Below are positions 47,971 through 58,524 of a stretch of 64,000 nt of DNA, in pieces. The stretch spans positions 94,922,001 to 94,986,000 of the forward strand of contig NC_079164.1 of the NCBI RefSeq assembly GCF_947568905.1, given 5' to 3'. The first letter of the stretch is position 1. The number at the start of each line of letters is the position of its first letter. The notes under the pieces are model-generated. The model worked only from the letters and a program-made list of their open reading frames with translations. It made no database searches and had not been told where the DNA came from. The stretch is from Ostrea edulis (lineage: Eukaryota). A program made the translations under genes and the position numbers.

Positions 47971-49253
47971 GAATATAGAACCGCAACTTGTTATGACCGA
48001 TGACTGTAATATATCCAAAACTAACTGCGTAACGAATTTATCCTGCTGAAGACCTTTAGATAATTGATCATAATTGTTGAAGCCCAATTTTCTTTTACAT
48101 ATCTCTATATACTCATATTTTATATTTCAGAAATGTTACAAGAGGCTCTACAAAAACAAAGATACCCCTGGAAATCTGCATTATTTCAAGACTCTACTTC
48201 ACCGTTCCAACATCAATGGGATTGTAAAAGGAAGATTCCGGCCTCATCACGACTTGCACATGGTTGTTGGGGAAGCAATGGTGAAAGAACAGTTTTTGGA
48301 ATTCTTTCAAATGGAAGATAAAGATTCCAGCCCAATCCATGATTTGTTAGCAGACATAGTCGAGAAAACCGAGGAAGAGCAAAAGCAGTTGTTGTTGAAT
48401 ACTCTTACACAGTTTATCGAATATTATGGATATTGCAAATGTGACAAAGGGGTTCTTCCACAAGACTTACAAGCAGTTGAGCAGTACCAGTTACAGATAG
48501 CAGACCAAACTCTCATGTTAGTGCCACAACTTGTTGAACGCAAAGATGACAGACTGTACAATTACTGCATGCAATTGTGTCACTGGTACATGCACATTGC
48601 AGAAATGAATGACACAGCTAAAGAGGGAGATTTGAATAGAGCTGTGCTTAATTCTCAGTATTGTCTCCCATTCTTTTATTCGCACTCTGCTTTAAGCAAA
48701 TATTTAGTGGAGAACATTGACTACATTCTCAAAAGTGAAGTCCTGTCATCACCACTGCAGAGAATTAGGATATTGGGGTTCTTTCACAAACTGTCATGGG
48801 GGAATTGGAAAAAACGTCGAAAGTGACTTAGTGCAGGAACACAGTGTCTGCAACCAAAAGAAACTGATCAAGTCTCTTGGTGCCAACAAGTCAGAGCAGG
48901 CTATTTCCCGAGTCACCAAGAGTGCTGATGCTATTCATCAGATATGTTCAAATTTTGATGCCAGCATTGAACTTCAGCCAAAGAGTGGCAGACATTCTAA
49001 ACCATTCTCTGAAGTAGATCAGACTCGTCTGCACAAGATATTAAGGAAACTAAGACCTTTTCATTATACCTCAGGTAGAACCTGTGATGGATTCAATGTT
49101 GATCCTGTACCATTAAAATCTCAAGATATTTCCAAACTTGAAATTAGATTGAACCAGATCATTACTCGTCTTACCCGAGGACGAACCATATCCACCGAGG
49201 AGGAAGACCAGCAGGAAGAGAATGAGATATCGGACACTTTACCACCTCTGTAA
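42534..49253 (+). CDS. Academ-type transposase, 6 exons (42534-43240, 43652-43838, 45656-45791, 46988-47425, 47700-47875, 48131-49253), about 920 aa, one frameshift near 48775
   Basis: All introns GT-AG with matching phases. N-terminal CxxC..CxxC; motifs RFNQLG, TGDNLD, GGDQLT..R, ELWH.K, N..GG.GKN..SDLVQEH. The frame switches at a G4 run (48775-48778). Confidence 0.8.
44509..45215. repeat. tandem duplication (~352-bp unit) in transposase intron 2
   Basis: TCAGTGATTGAAATG..ATCAAAAAC repeated at 44509 and 44861, nearly identical. Confidence 0.9.
45990..46410 (+). mobile_element. Helentron/pearl-like element in transposase intron 3
   Basis: CAAGAAATGTTTC..ATGCC start, GACCCTTGACC cores, 3' hairpin ATGCCCCTCCTCTTTGAAGGAGGGCAT. 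Confidence 0.6.
47894..47970. repeat. (TA)n(CA)n microsatellite in transposase intron 5
   Basis: Direct reading. Confidence 0.95.
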
Positions 49254-49421
49254 AATGCAGTTTGCTATGGACTTGGGTAATGTTGAAACACATTGACAGT
49301 TATGAACACTAAACACTTGTCTGTTTAGTGAAAATACACATTGTTATTTATTAAGTCTTTGACAACTTTATTCTTGAATTTTCAAGTGTTTGATTCTGAA
49401 AGTGATAGTGATCCCTTTTGT

Positions 49422-49580
49422 CAGTGATAGTGACTGTGGTGATATTACTTAGATCAGTCATAGTGACTGTGGTGATATTACTTGGACAAGTAATAGTGAT
49501 TGTGGTGATATTACTTAGACCAGTGATAGTGATTGTGGTGATATTACTTAGATCAGTGATTGTGACTGTGGCGATACTAA
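49422..49580. repeat. 33-bp minisatellite, about 5 copies, between the AcademH genes
   Basis: CAGTGATAGTGACTGTGGTGATATTACTTAGAT units. Confidence 0.9.
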
Positions 49581-50682
49581 TTTTCCAAGATATCCGGTGT
49601 ATTTGTGTATGTTAAACAGTGTTGTTTTATCTTGCAGCCCATATTTTTATACATATGTTATGCCTGTGAGAATGTTTTGTTACCAAACATCTTTATACCT
49701 TAGGTTAGTTATGTATGCTTTGAAATTATTTATGTGCAATTTCCTTGTGTAAAAGATGATAGTGGAATTCCTAGTATATTATGTAGTGAGAGTGGCGTAC
49801 AAAACTCTGGTTAGAAAATGTCAACAGGGCTTGTGTCTGCCTTTCTGAAAGTTTTTTTGTTTAAAAATAACTGGTGTAAGTACTTTGTATTATGAGGTGA
49901 TAAATACAATTGGATAAGAAATAATTTTTATGGTATTGTAAGTTTGTAAGCCTACTTGAATTCCCGATATGGATTTCATATTTTTGTTCCCACGATCACA
50001 ATGGCACAGTTCGCGTCACAAGGGATTGGTCGCATGTATGTTAACGCCATAATTATGGCAGACCAGCAATTTGGAAATTATCATTTATATTAAACTAAAA
50101 GTATCTGAGGAGACAGTATTGAAAATATTGTTTTAGCATGATAAAGTTTACTCTTGCAGCCCATATTTTTATAATGCCTGTAAAAATGTTTTTTAGCAAA
50201 AACCTTCATATCTTGATTTATGTATGCTTTGTGCAATTTTCTTGCGTGTTTTGTAAAAGGTGAGATTTGCCTTGAATAATGGAATTCTTAGTAGATTATG
50301 TTTCTCAGTAAATTTCAACATTGAACAAATAAATGATATTTTATCTCTCTCATCTTTCAGGATTTTTATGGCATCTTAATGTCATGATGTTACAAGGTTA
50401 TAACAATGCATCAGGTTTTCATAAATTTATTTTATCATCAACATGAGAGGATGAAGAGATGAAGTAAATTGATTAACTTGTAAAACACAACATTTACATT
50501 TGTGAAGATACAAGTGTTTATGGTTTTAGGGAGACTGTTGAAAACTGACCTGAATACAGGTAACGGACACTACAGGGTTTTGTAGTGTCATTAACAATGT
50601 TAGGAATTATACCCAGAAAATGTTTTTGATAAAGAATAAAGCAAAAGAATACTTTTTATTTCCATTGATATATTAGAATTAA

Positions 50683-50991
50683 GGAGGTATGCTACACCAG
50701 AGAAATTTGATGTAGATGAAAAGTGTAGGATATGTACAAAAATATTTTGAATTTGAAAATTTACTTTATTTTGTCAAAAAATACAGTTTTAGTAGAAGGT
50801 AATCTGAAAAAAATTAAAACCCCTGCTGGACTCGAACCTGCGACCTACAGTTCAGCAGTCGGTATTCTAACCTACTGAGCTACTCGGCTAGGTATTTAAA
50901 TGGAAAAGGAAAAGTCAAATATTGTTGATATCGATTTTGTCATCCATGTTTTTAAAGGAAGTCAGCCATTATGACGATGTAGAGTACTACC
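50683..50991. mobile_element. TTAA-flanked (Kolobok-like) MITE carrying a tRNA-derived segment, copy 1, nested in AcademH
   Basis: TTAA|GGAGGTATGCTACACC..GATGTAGAGTACTACC|TTAA; A and B boxes on the minus strand at 50821-50888. Confidence 0.8.
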
Positions 50992-51268
50992 TTAACAAGA
51001 TTTGAATGTAAATCAATGTTGCCCCTATGAACGTGGCAAAATGTGTCATTATCAGAGCCAAAACCTTTTAGCTCCTTGTGTTCACCTGAAATGGAGATTT
51101 TATCTGAGAGAACAAAGTTTATAACAGTAAGGAATTTGTTTTTGGAGAATTAAAAAAGAATGCGGTCTAGGCAAAAAAAAAGAAAAAAAGGGGGGGGGGT
51201 GGTTCAGTTGGTTAACAGTAAACACATTTTTGGCTTGAAAATAAGACACACATGGGAACTATTTAGTT

Positions 51269-52877
51269 TTATTTCTTATTTCCACATTCATCACAGCTGC
51301 AGGTCACTGAACAAACAGAGCAACATGAACATCCACAAATCTTATCATCTTTCTTGAAACCAAATTCTCCTAGGAACTTGTTGCGAAGGCACTCTGTTGT
51401 ATTGTTGCAATACATGATGATATCGTCTTGGATTCCTGGAAGGTTTCTGGCAATATCTCTATTGCTGTAATGCAAAGTGGCTTTGGAAGGTTGACCTTGC
51501 CTTCCAGCTCTTCCTACCTCCTGCAAGTATTGAGATAAGTTTCTTGGTGGACAGGCATGAATAACATGCGTAACAGTTCGAGGGTCAAATCCAAATCCTG
51601 CAATTGATGTTGTAAGAACCAATCGAATTTTTGGTTCTGGTTTCCTCAATTCCGCTATAGTGTAGTCAATGATATATTGATCTTGTCCAGCACAGATTGC
51701 ACTATACAATGGATCATGTATATTGTTATTTGAGAATTCACCTTTAAGGTACATTACAGTTTCACTCATGTAGTAGACTGGAATAAAAAGTAGGGTCACT
51801 GGGAACTTTTCCTTCAATTCACATAGTTTGTCACAAATGGGTAAAACCACATATTCATACTCCTCAAGAACCTCTCTCTCGAAGTTTTCTTCATCTTGGT
51901 AAAGAATATATTTTCTCGGTCTGGACTAGCCTCTACTAATTTACAGTTATCAATGTTTAGCTTTTTAGGAAGCCCTTTCTTTTCCACGGCTGTTAATGTT
52001 CCACTTAATGCAGCAAACGGTATATTGGGAAAGAAAACCTTGAGACTGCCTAGCTTTTTAAATGCCTTTCGGAATTCCTCTCCCCTAAAAATGTAAAGTA
52101 AATATTGCTCATTACATGTAATACCTTAAGTATTATCATGTTCAAAATGTCTCATGTATGAACATTGCTCATACTAATGGTGCATATTTTGTTCTTGTTT
52201 TGGTTCTTTTCTTCTTATCTTTTTTTTAAATTTTTTTATAAACATTGCACATTGAAATGTTAATAATTATGTATGCTGCATGCCCGAGAGGGCCCTAATT
52301 TGGAAATAAATCATTCTATTCTATGATAGTTTGGAGGTTTTCATATAAATTTGTTTATAAAAAGTTGTATTTACCATTTCTCTAACAGATGACACTCATC
52401 AATTACAACAGCAACAACATGGCTTCGGAAACTGTCATTATCCAGCAAATTTTGGCCATCTTTGGTATTCAGCAGAGCCTCTGGGTGACAAAAAACTATC
52501 TGAAACTGGCCATTGATGACCGTGTCCAAACCAACATCAGAGTCTACCTCGTACACTTGACCTCCCTCTGAAGCCTCGTCTATCTTAGTTTTGATATTCA
52601 AGCGACATGCTGGAATATTATGAGCTGCTAGCGTGGCCAATTGGTCTTTTTGTATAATGTTCAGTGGGGAAACAACAATAACAACCGGGGATGTGTTGGA
52701 CTCAGTCTTTAAAAGTTCCGGCAATAAGTGGTAAACTAGGCTCTTTCCATAGCCCACTGGTACATTCAATAGCACATCATCACCATTGAGCAGAAAACAT
52801 AGACCAGCAAGCTGTTTTTCTCTTATTTTTAAAGTTCTGTCGTATTTTCCAAGAGCTTCAATCACTTTCGATTCCAT
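51269..52877 (-). CDS. RecQ-like superfamily 2 helicase of AcademH, 2 exons (52877-52375, 52084-51269), about 438 aa, one frameshift near 51875
   Basis: Motifs PVGYGKS, VSPL, DECH, LSGT, SPDREN, TSIAGFGFD, QEVGRAGR and an RQC-like C.R..CC..C tail; GT-AG intron in phase; the frame slips at a (GA)n run. Confidence 0.9.
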
Positions 52878-53557
52878 GTTTACATATTAACATTTCCAGT
52901 TGCGCGTCTTATATTCATACGCGTAATACACAAAGTAGTTCAATATTCAGGACTAGAAAACAACGATTTTAAATAATTTACAGTGAAGATCAATTTAACT
53001 GAACTCAAATCATTTTAAAATACGACTAAATACTTAGTCCAAAACATAAATGATGCATGTTAGGCACTTTTACAAGATTTCTGTAAATAACCGTTGACAG
53101 AGGTGTAGTGCGAGAAGCGCACGGAACTCTGGGTAGAGAATGAGTCTATAACCTATAAATATTTACCCCTTGGGCAGCCTCGTGCATTTTCCATAAATTT
53201 AACGTCAAGGTAGACGAAGTGTATTGTGACGTCACAATAAGTCCGAGTCATTCTACTTTCATAGTTCGTAAGGCACAAAATATGCGGGTCTCTGATACAC
53301 AGTTGAATCGCATGGTTTTGGTTGATACAAAAACAAGCAAGTAAATCAGCAATAAAGGAGAATGGAAATACAAAAACTGGTTATCATATCACTGTATTTC
53401 GTTGTTTGTACCTTCTACCGTAATACGTTGACGGCGCGGTGTTACCGTTAGGACGACCCCAGCTACATACAATGTAGATGAGCGGACTCCAATTTCAAAC
53501 GTACTTTTGTAGTCTTGCTTTGTTTCGGTAAAATAAACAATTCATTGCATGAATGTT

Positions 53558-53662
53558 AGGGAGATATGAAGATTTATTCACCCAAGAAAAATCATATTCC
53601 CCTCGGGTGTTGCCCTCGGGGAATATGATTTTTCTTGGGTGAATAAATCTTCATATCTCCCT
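53558..53662. repeat. palindrome with perfect 45-bp arms
   Basis: AGGGAGATATGAAGATTTATTCACCCAAGAAAAATCATATTCCCC and its exact reverse complement around a 15-nt spacer. Confidence 0.9.
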
Positions 53663-54013
53663 CACTATCATGCAATAAATGTATAATGTTTATAGACATA
53701 ATGTGTTACTTATAAGAATCGTGATTATTTGTTACAGAGCCAATTTTGACGCAGAGCCAATTTTGATTCAGAAATGCCTCTTTAAAAAGAAATTAGATAG
53801 CATCTGGTATATTTAACAGTCGACTAGCATCGCTATAGAAACACAAAAATTCAGATTTACCTAGAAATGCTTCACAATAAGGAATTGTATCACCGGGTAC
53901 ACAAGTAACAATGCAGAAGAATGACGCTGGTTATATTTCTACTAGTCAAGTTAAAACTTGCATTACGTGGGTAAGTAACACTTATCTCTTCAGGTAAACC
54001 CCGACTTACATGT

Positions 54014-54015
<2 letters not shown>

Positions 54016-54046
<31 letters not shown>
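54016..54046. repeat. (CT)n microsatellite
   Basis: Direct reading. Confidence 0.9.
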
Positions 54047-54052
<6 letters not shown>

Positions 54053-54484
54053 TACATGTTGCGAGTTCAATCCTGAGCCGTGAATCTGGAGAGAATCATG
54101 CGATCTGGTTTTCGAAAATGTCTTAGAACTGAGACATGTCTTAGGATGGTCTTGGGACATGCTTAAGTCATAAGACATGTATTCGATAAGTCCTAAGTTA
54201 GGATTCGTCATAAGATCGGACTCAATCTTAGGACGTCAAGCGACGTGTCTTAGGATGGTCTTAACATGGTCTAGAGTAAAGCCTTATTCTTCTCCACTTC
54301 ATGATATAGCAATATCCGCAGACCCTCGGACGTGAAGTTTGGATTTCGTGGCATGTCTTTTCAATATTTACATTCACTGAATCTTTTTTCTCATATTTCT
54401 ATTGAAATTGCTTTCATCAAGGACAATGAATGCATGTTTGTTGCAAACTACATGTAGTTTGTTCCGGGTTTTTAGTACCAACTA

Positions 54485-55839
54485 CAGCCACCTGCCAAAA
54501 GTTTATAGACAAAATGGCGGATCTAAATTCCAACTTCACGGAAGTGGCTTGTTTTTTCTTTTGTAAATTCTATATATAGATAACGGGGATTTCGTATGCA
54601 TACCACATATAAGTACAGGGTCTTGTGTCGTCATATGTGACGTCATATGTGGGTATTTATTTGATGATCGTCTGATACAAGCTTCTGAATCTAGCTATGG
54701 GAAAGTCTAAGAATTTATCGCCAGCTGTGAAACAAATTGTCGTAGACAGTTACAGACAAACGGGAAATTATTCTGAAACTGCTAGGGTATTGAAAATGGA
54801 CCGGAAAACCGTGTATGCTGTTGTAAAACGGTGTGAAATTCGAGGAAGTGCGGGAAATGCTAAAAAATCGGGACGCCCCAGAAAAATGGACGTTAGAGAC
54901 GAGCGTCAACTATTGCGGCTTGTAAAATTTAACCGTACCACTCCATTAAAAGACATAACAGGACAATTTAATCAAGGTAGGAAAGTTCCCGTGTCTGAAA
55001 GATCAATTCATCGTTATTTGTCAAAAAATAAGTACCATCGACGTGTATGCAGGAAAAAAATTAGGATTCGCGAACAAAATAGGAAAAACCGTGTGGCATG
55101 GGCGAGAGGTAAACGACGGTGGACTGTTGACTATAACTGGTCAAAAGTGATCTTCTCTGATGAATGTAAAGTTGTTTTGGGACAAAACAATCGAGTTTAT
55201 ATTTGGAGAAAGGCAGGAGAAGAATGGTTACCAGCGTGCATCAGCCCCGGCGCACCACCGAAACCTGCTATGAGTTTAATGTTGTGGGGATGCATTACCT
55301 GGAATGGAGTTGGCACACTAACGGTGGTTAATGGCAACATTAATGCAAATAAATATATTGATATCCTTGAAGAACAATTGTGGCCGGTTGTAGTGAAAAA
55401 TTTTCCTACTAACGATTACATATTTCAAGATGACAATGCCCCGGTTCACCGTGCCCGAATTGTACAAGAATATAAACAAATAAACAGAATTCCAGGTATG
55501 TTTTGGCCAGCACAGTCACCTGATGCAAATATAATTGAAGACATTTGGTTTCTGTTGAAAAATAAACTTAAACGCAGACTTTCTAATATAAACAATGTCA
55601 CTGACTTGGAGAGAAATATAAATGACATCTGGATTAACATACCCGTTACTTACATACGGAACCTCTATCGATCCCTACCTATCAGAATGTTGAAAATGAT
55701 CAGATCAAAGGGATATATAACAAAATACTGAGGTAAGATTTATTCTCTTTGTAATTTCATAGCCACTGAAAATCCGTATTACGTTGACGTTTAGACATTG
55801 ACGTCCGCCATTTGTCTATAAACTTTTGGCAGTTGGCTG
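54485..55839 (+). mobile_element. Tc1/mariner transposon, full length (1355 bp)
   Basis: TA TSD; ~36-bp TIRs CAGCCA(C/A)CTGCCAAAAGTTTATAGACAAA(A)TGGCGGA; intact transposase. Confidence 0.95.
54697..55731 (+). CDS. Tc1 transposase, DD34E, 344 aa, intact
   Basis: Paired-like HTH with GRPRK, IFSDE, FQDDNAPVH, WPAQSPDANIIE; 34 residues counted between the second D and the E. Confidence 0.95.
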   Translation: MGKSKNLSPAVKQIVVDSYRQTGNYSETARVLKMDRKTVYAVVKRCEIRGSAGNAKKSGRPRKMDVRDERQLLRLVKFNRTTPLKDITGQFNQGRKVPVSERSIHRYLSKNKYHRRVCRKKIRIREQNRKNRVAWARGKRRWTVDYNWSKVIFSDECKVVLGQNNRVYIWRKAGEEWLPACISPGAPPKPAMSLMLWGCITWNGVGTLTVVNGNINANKYIDILEEQLWPVVVKNFPTNDYIFQDDNAPVHRARIVQEYKQINRIPGMFWPAQSPDANIIEDIWFLLKNKLKRRLSNINNVTDLERNINDIWINIPVTYIRNLYRSLPIRMLKMIRSKGYITKY

Positions 55840-56577
55840 TATCTGTGTATGGAGCGTCATCAAGGTCAAAGAGTGTTTCGCTTACGCGGGTCATGACTTT
55901 TTTCTGCAATGCTAGCTACCTTTATCACCCTATGAAACAACAAAGAAAGCATTTTATTTTTTTGATTAAAATTTGATTAAAAACTAATCTTCGTTGTTTT
56001 TATACAAACGTATTAATAGATATTTCGGAAAAGCACGGATAAATGTTTGGCGAACTTATTTTTGAACCATTGCCTAATACTTGTCCTTAATATAACAATA
56101 TACATGTAAGTAGTATAACGCATCCCGATAGGCGGTTCAACTGAGTGCAGTTTTGAGTGCGGGTCGATAGGTGGTTCAACTGAGTGCAGTTTTGAGTGTA
56201 GTTTGGAGTGCGGGGTTTTATAGACGGGTCAAGCAGTTGGCCAGGTGGCCGGGGCCACCTGGCGTGGTCAAGCGGGGTTGGCGCGGTCAAGCTGGGCAGG
56301 TGGTGAGAGGTGGGGGGGGGGGATAGCGTGTGAACGTTTTGTATTCCTGGTGTATTCCTTTATGTTAAATTTTCAAATAAAAAGAATTAAAGAACAATGG
56401 TTGAAAGTTTACACATTTATTCAATGAACAAATTTACACATAATTTACCGACCTCGTCTTACAGCTGCCAGAAAATAGATAGGCGTTAGGTTTCGTTTTC
56501 ATTTCTCGGAAACGCGGCTATTTCTGAAAATCGCTATGACTTTGTTTTGTAAACAATGAGCCCAGCTATTCGGTTAA

Positions 56578-56897
56578 GGAGGTGTGCTACACCAGATAAA
56601 TTTGACGTAGATGAAAAGCGGAGGATATGTACAACAATGTTTTGAAGTTGAAAATTTTCAAATTTACTTTATTTTGTCAAAAAATACAGTTTTAGTGGAA
56701 GGTAATCTGAAAAAAAAAATTAAAACCCCTTCTGTACTCGAACCTCCGACCTACAGGTCAGCAGTCGGTATTCTAACCTACTGAGCTACTCAGCTAGGCA
56801 TTTAAATCGAAAAGGAAAAGCCAAATATTGCTGATATCGATTTTTTCATCCATGTTTTCAAAGGAAGTCAGCCATTATGACGATGTAGATTACCACC
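56578..56897. mobile_element. TTAA-flanked MITE with tRNA-derived segment, copy 2
   Basis: Colinear with 50683-50991; TTAA on both sides. Confidence 0.8.
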
Positions 56898-56954
56898 TTA
56901 ACATGCAAAGAGTTTATGCATATGTTCACTATATTGTGTGGTTTGAGTCAGATC

Positions 56955-57172
56955 TTTCTGCAGGAGAGGTCATTACTGCCCGTGAAGGACTGCAAAATTT
57001 AGGCCTATGCTCGGCGCTTACGGCCTTTGAGAAGGGAGGGATCTTTATCATGCCACACCTGCCGTGACACGAGACCTCGGTTTTTGCGATCTCATCCGAA
57101 AGACCGCCCCATTTAGTCGCATCTGACGACAAGCAAGGGGAAGTGAGGACTTATTCTAACCCGGATCCCATA
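56955..57172 (-). mobile_element. SINE of the 14344-14615 subfamily
   Basis: Reverse complement match including the GGATCCGGGTTAGAATA head. Confidence 0.8.
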
Positions 57173-57989
57173 TAGTTTTACGCTATATATTTAATAAAAT
57201 AATTCATTTTACTCTAAAAGTACTTTGGACCTAAACTCTAGTATGGATATAGCAGAACAGTTTTATAGTATATAAAAACAACTATCTGTGCACTTCGCAC
57301 CCTATGAGATCACAACGAAAAAGTACGTCACGACGTACATCTTACAATTCATGTCTATATGGTGTCGTTATATTGATAGGCGTTATCAAGTGATAAGCCG
57401 TCTACGTGAAAAAATTTCTTGTCAAATAATATATTATTTCAATTTCGTATCAAATCACTCAACATTTTTATATTTGCGCGAAGGTCATAATTCACATTGT
57501 GACCTTGAAATCGCCCCTCTATTTTCTCCCGATCCCGATCATCACTACGTTATGTAAGAAAATCTAATTTACATAATGATTGCGAGCAGAGTGTAAAGGA
57601 GTGACGATATACGGTGTATGGTGGTGTATAAAGTGTATACATGTATATATAAATTTATATTCTTGTTACCAAAGGAAAAGTTAGGACACATTTCTGACAC
57701 ATAAAGAAACCCCCCTTTCCGCACTTGATTATGTCTGGCATACTCTTGAAAATGAAAAAAGAGTATCCTGCATTAGATGGTTGGGTCCTCCAGAAGGGGA
57801 TGGATGGAACCATCTCCTCTTCCTCGAGTCGGGGAAGGAGAGTGACTAAATCTCCTGATGCACCAATGAGGTGCTAAATATAAATGCTCAATCTCATAAG
57901 CCAGGATTAAGCCTCTTAGCCAATGAAATTGCAGAAAACAAATTACGTTAGAGAAGACTGGCAACATCGAAATATTGATTTTACACAAT

Positions 57990-58270
57990 GCAAGGTGAAG
58001 ATAATATCATAACTCCGAAAAGGAATACAAATTAAAGTAAAGACTAGGACAAACACAGACCGTTGGACATAGCAGAGGTTGGACCAGGTGCCTAAGAGGA
58101 GTAACTATCCCCTCTCGACCGGTCACATCCGCCTTGAGGCCTATATTTTGACCAGGTATACGGAGTAATCCGTAGTCAAAATTAAGAACGGCATAACAAT
58201 CGGCATTAAGCACGTCAGACAGCATCTGACCCAATGAGAGGTTGTATTGGCAAACTAGGCCATTATAATT
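57990..58270 (-). mobile_element. Penelope-like 3' fragment
   Basis: Reverse complement of YNLSLGQMLSDV plus the 3' UTR, degenerate. Confidence 0.75.
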
Positions 58271-58294
58271 GCCTTCCGAAAGAAATAGAAACTA

Positions 58295-58524
58295 CCCCAC
58301 AGCGGGTTTATTCCCCGGGTCTAAAATTTGGCGATTTGATGGCTCAAAGGTATGCTAATAATTTTAGCGGAATAAATTTTTAGCGGACAGGGAAGAATTG
58401 TCTCTATTTCAAATACTGAAGTCCCAATTAGGTGCATATTTGGCGCGTAAAATTTTGTCGGAAAGCTATCTAATCGCTAAAATAAGCCAATATTTAACCC
58501 CGCGGAAAAAAACCCGCTATACGG
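58295..58524. mobile_element. Tc1/pogo-type MITE
   Basis: TA|CCCCACAGCGGGTTTATTCC .. GGAAAAAAACCCGCTATACGG|TA. Confidence 0.7.

Larger units (their letters stand above)
42250..53142 (+). mobile_element. AcademH-type DNA transposon (transposase plus RecQ-like helicase), apparently full length
   Basis: Termini CATTCTCT..AGAGAATG with a further inverted block TACACCTCTGTCAACG; 10-bp TSD AGTCTATAAC at 42240-42249 and 53143-53152; convergent transposase and SF2 helicase genes. Confidence 0.85.

Noticed and set aside
49418-49615. Hydrophobic repeat ORF between the AcademH genes (possible third gene)
   Set aside because: Translation of a 33-bp minisatellite; no ATG-initiated frame on either strand.
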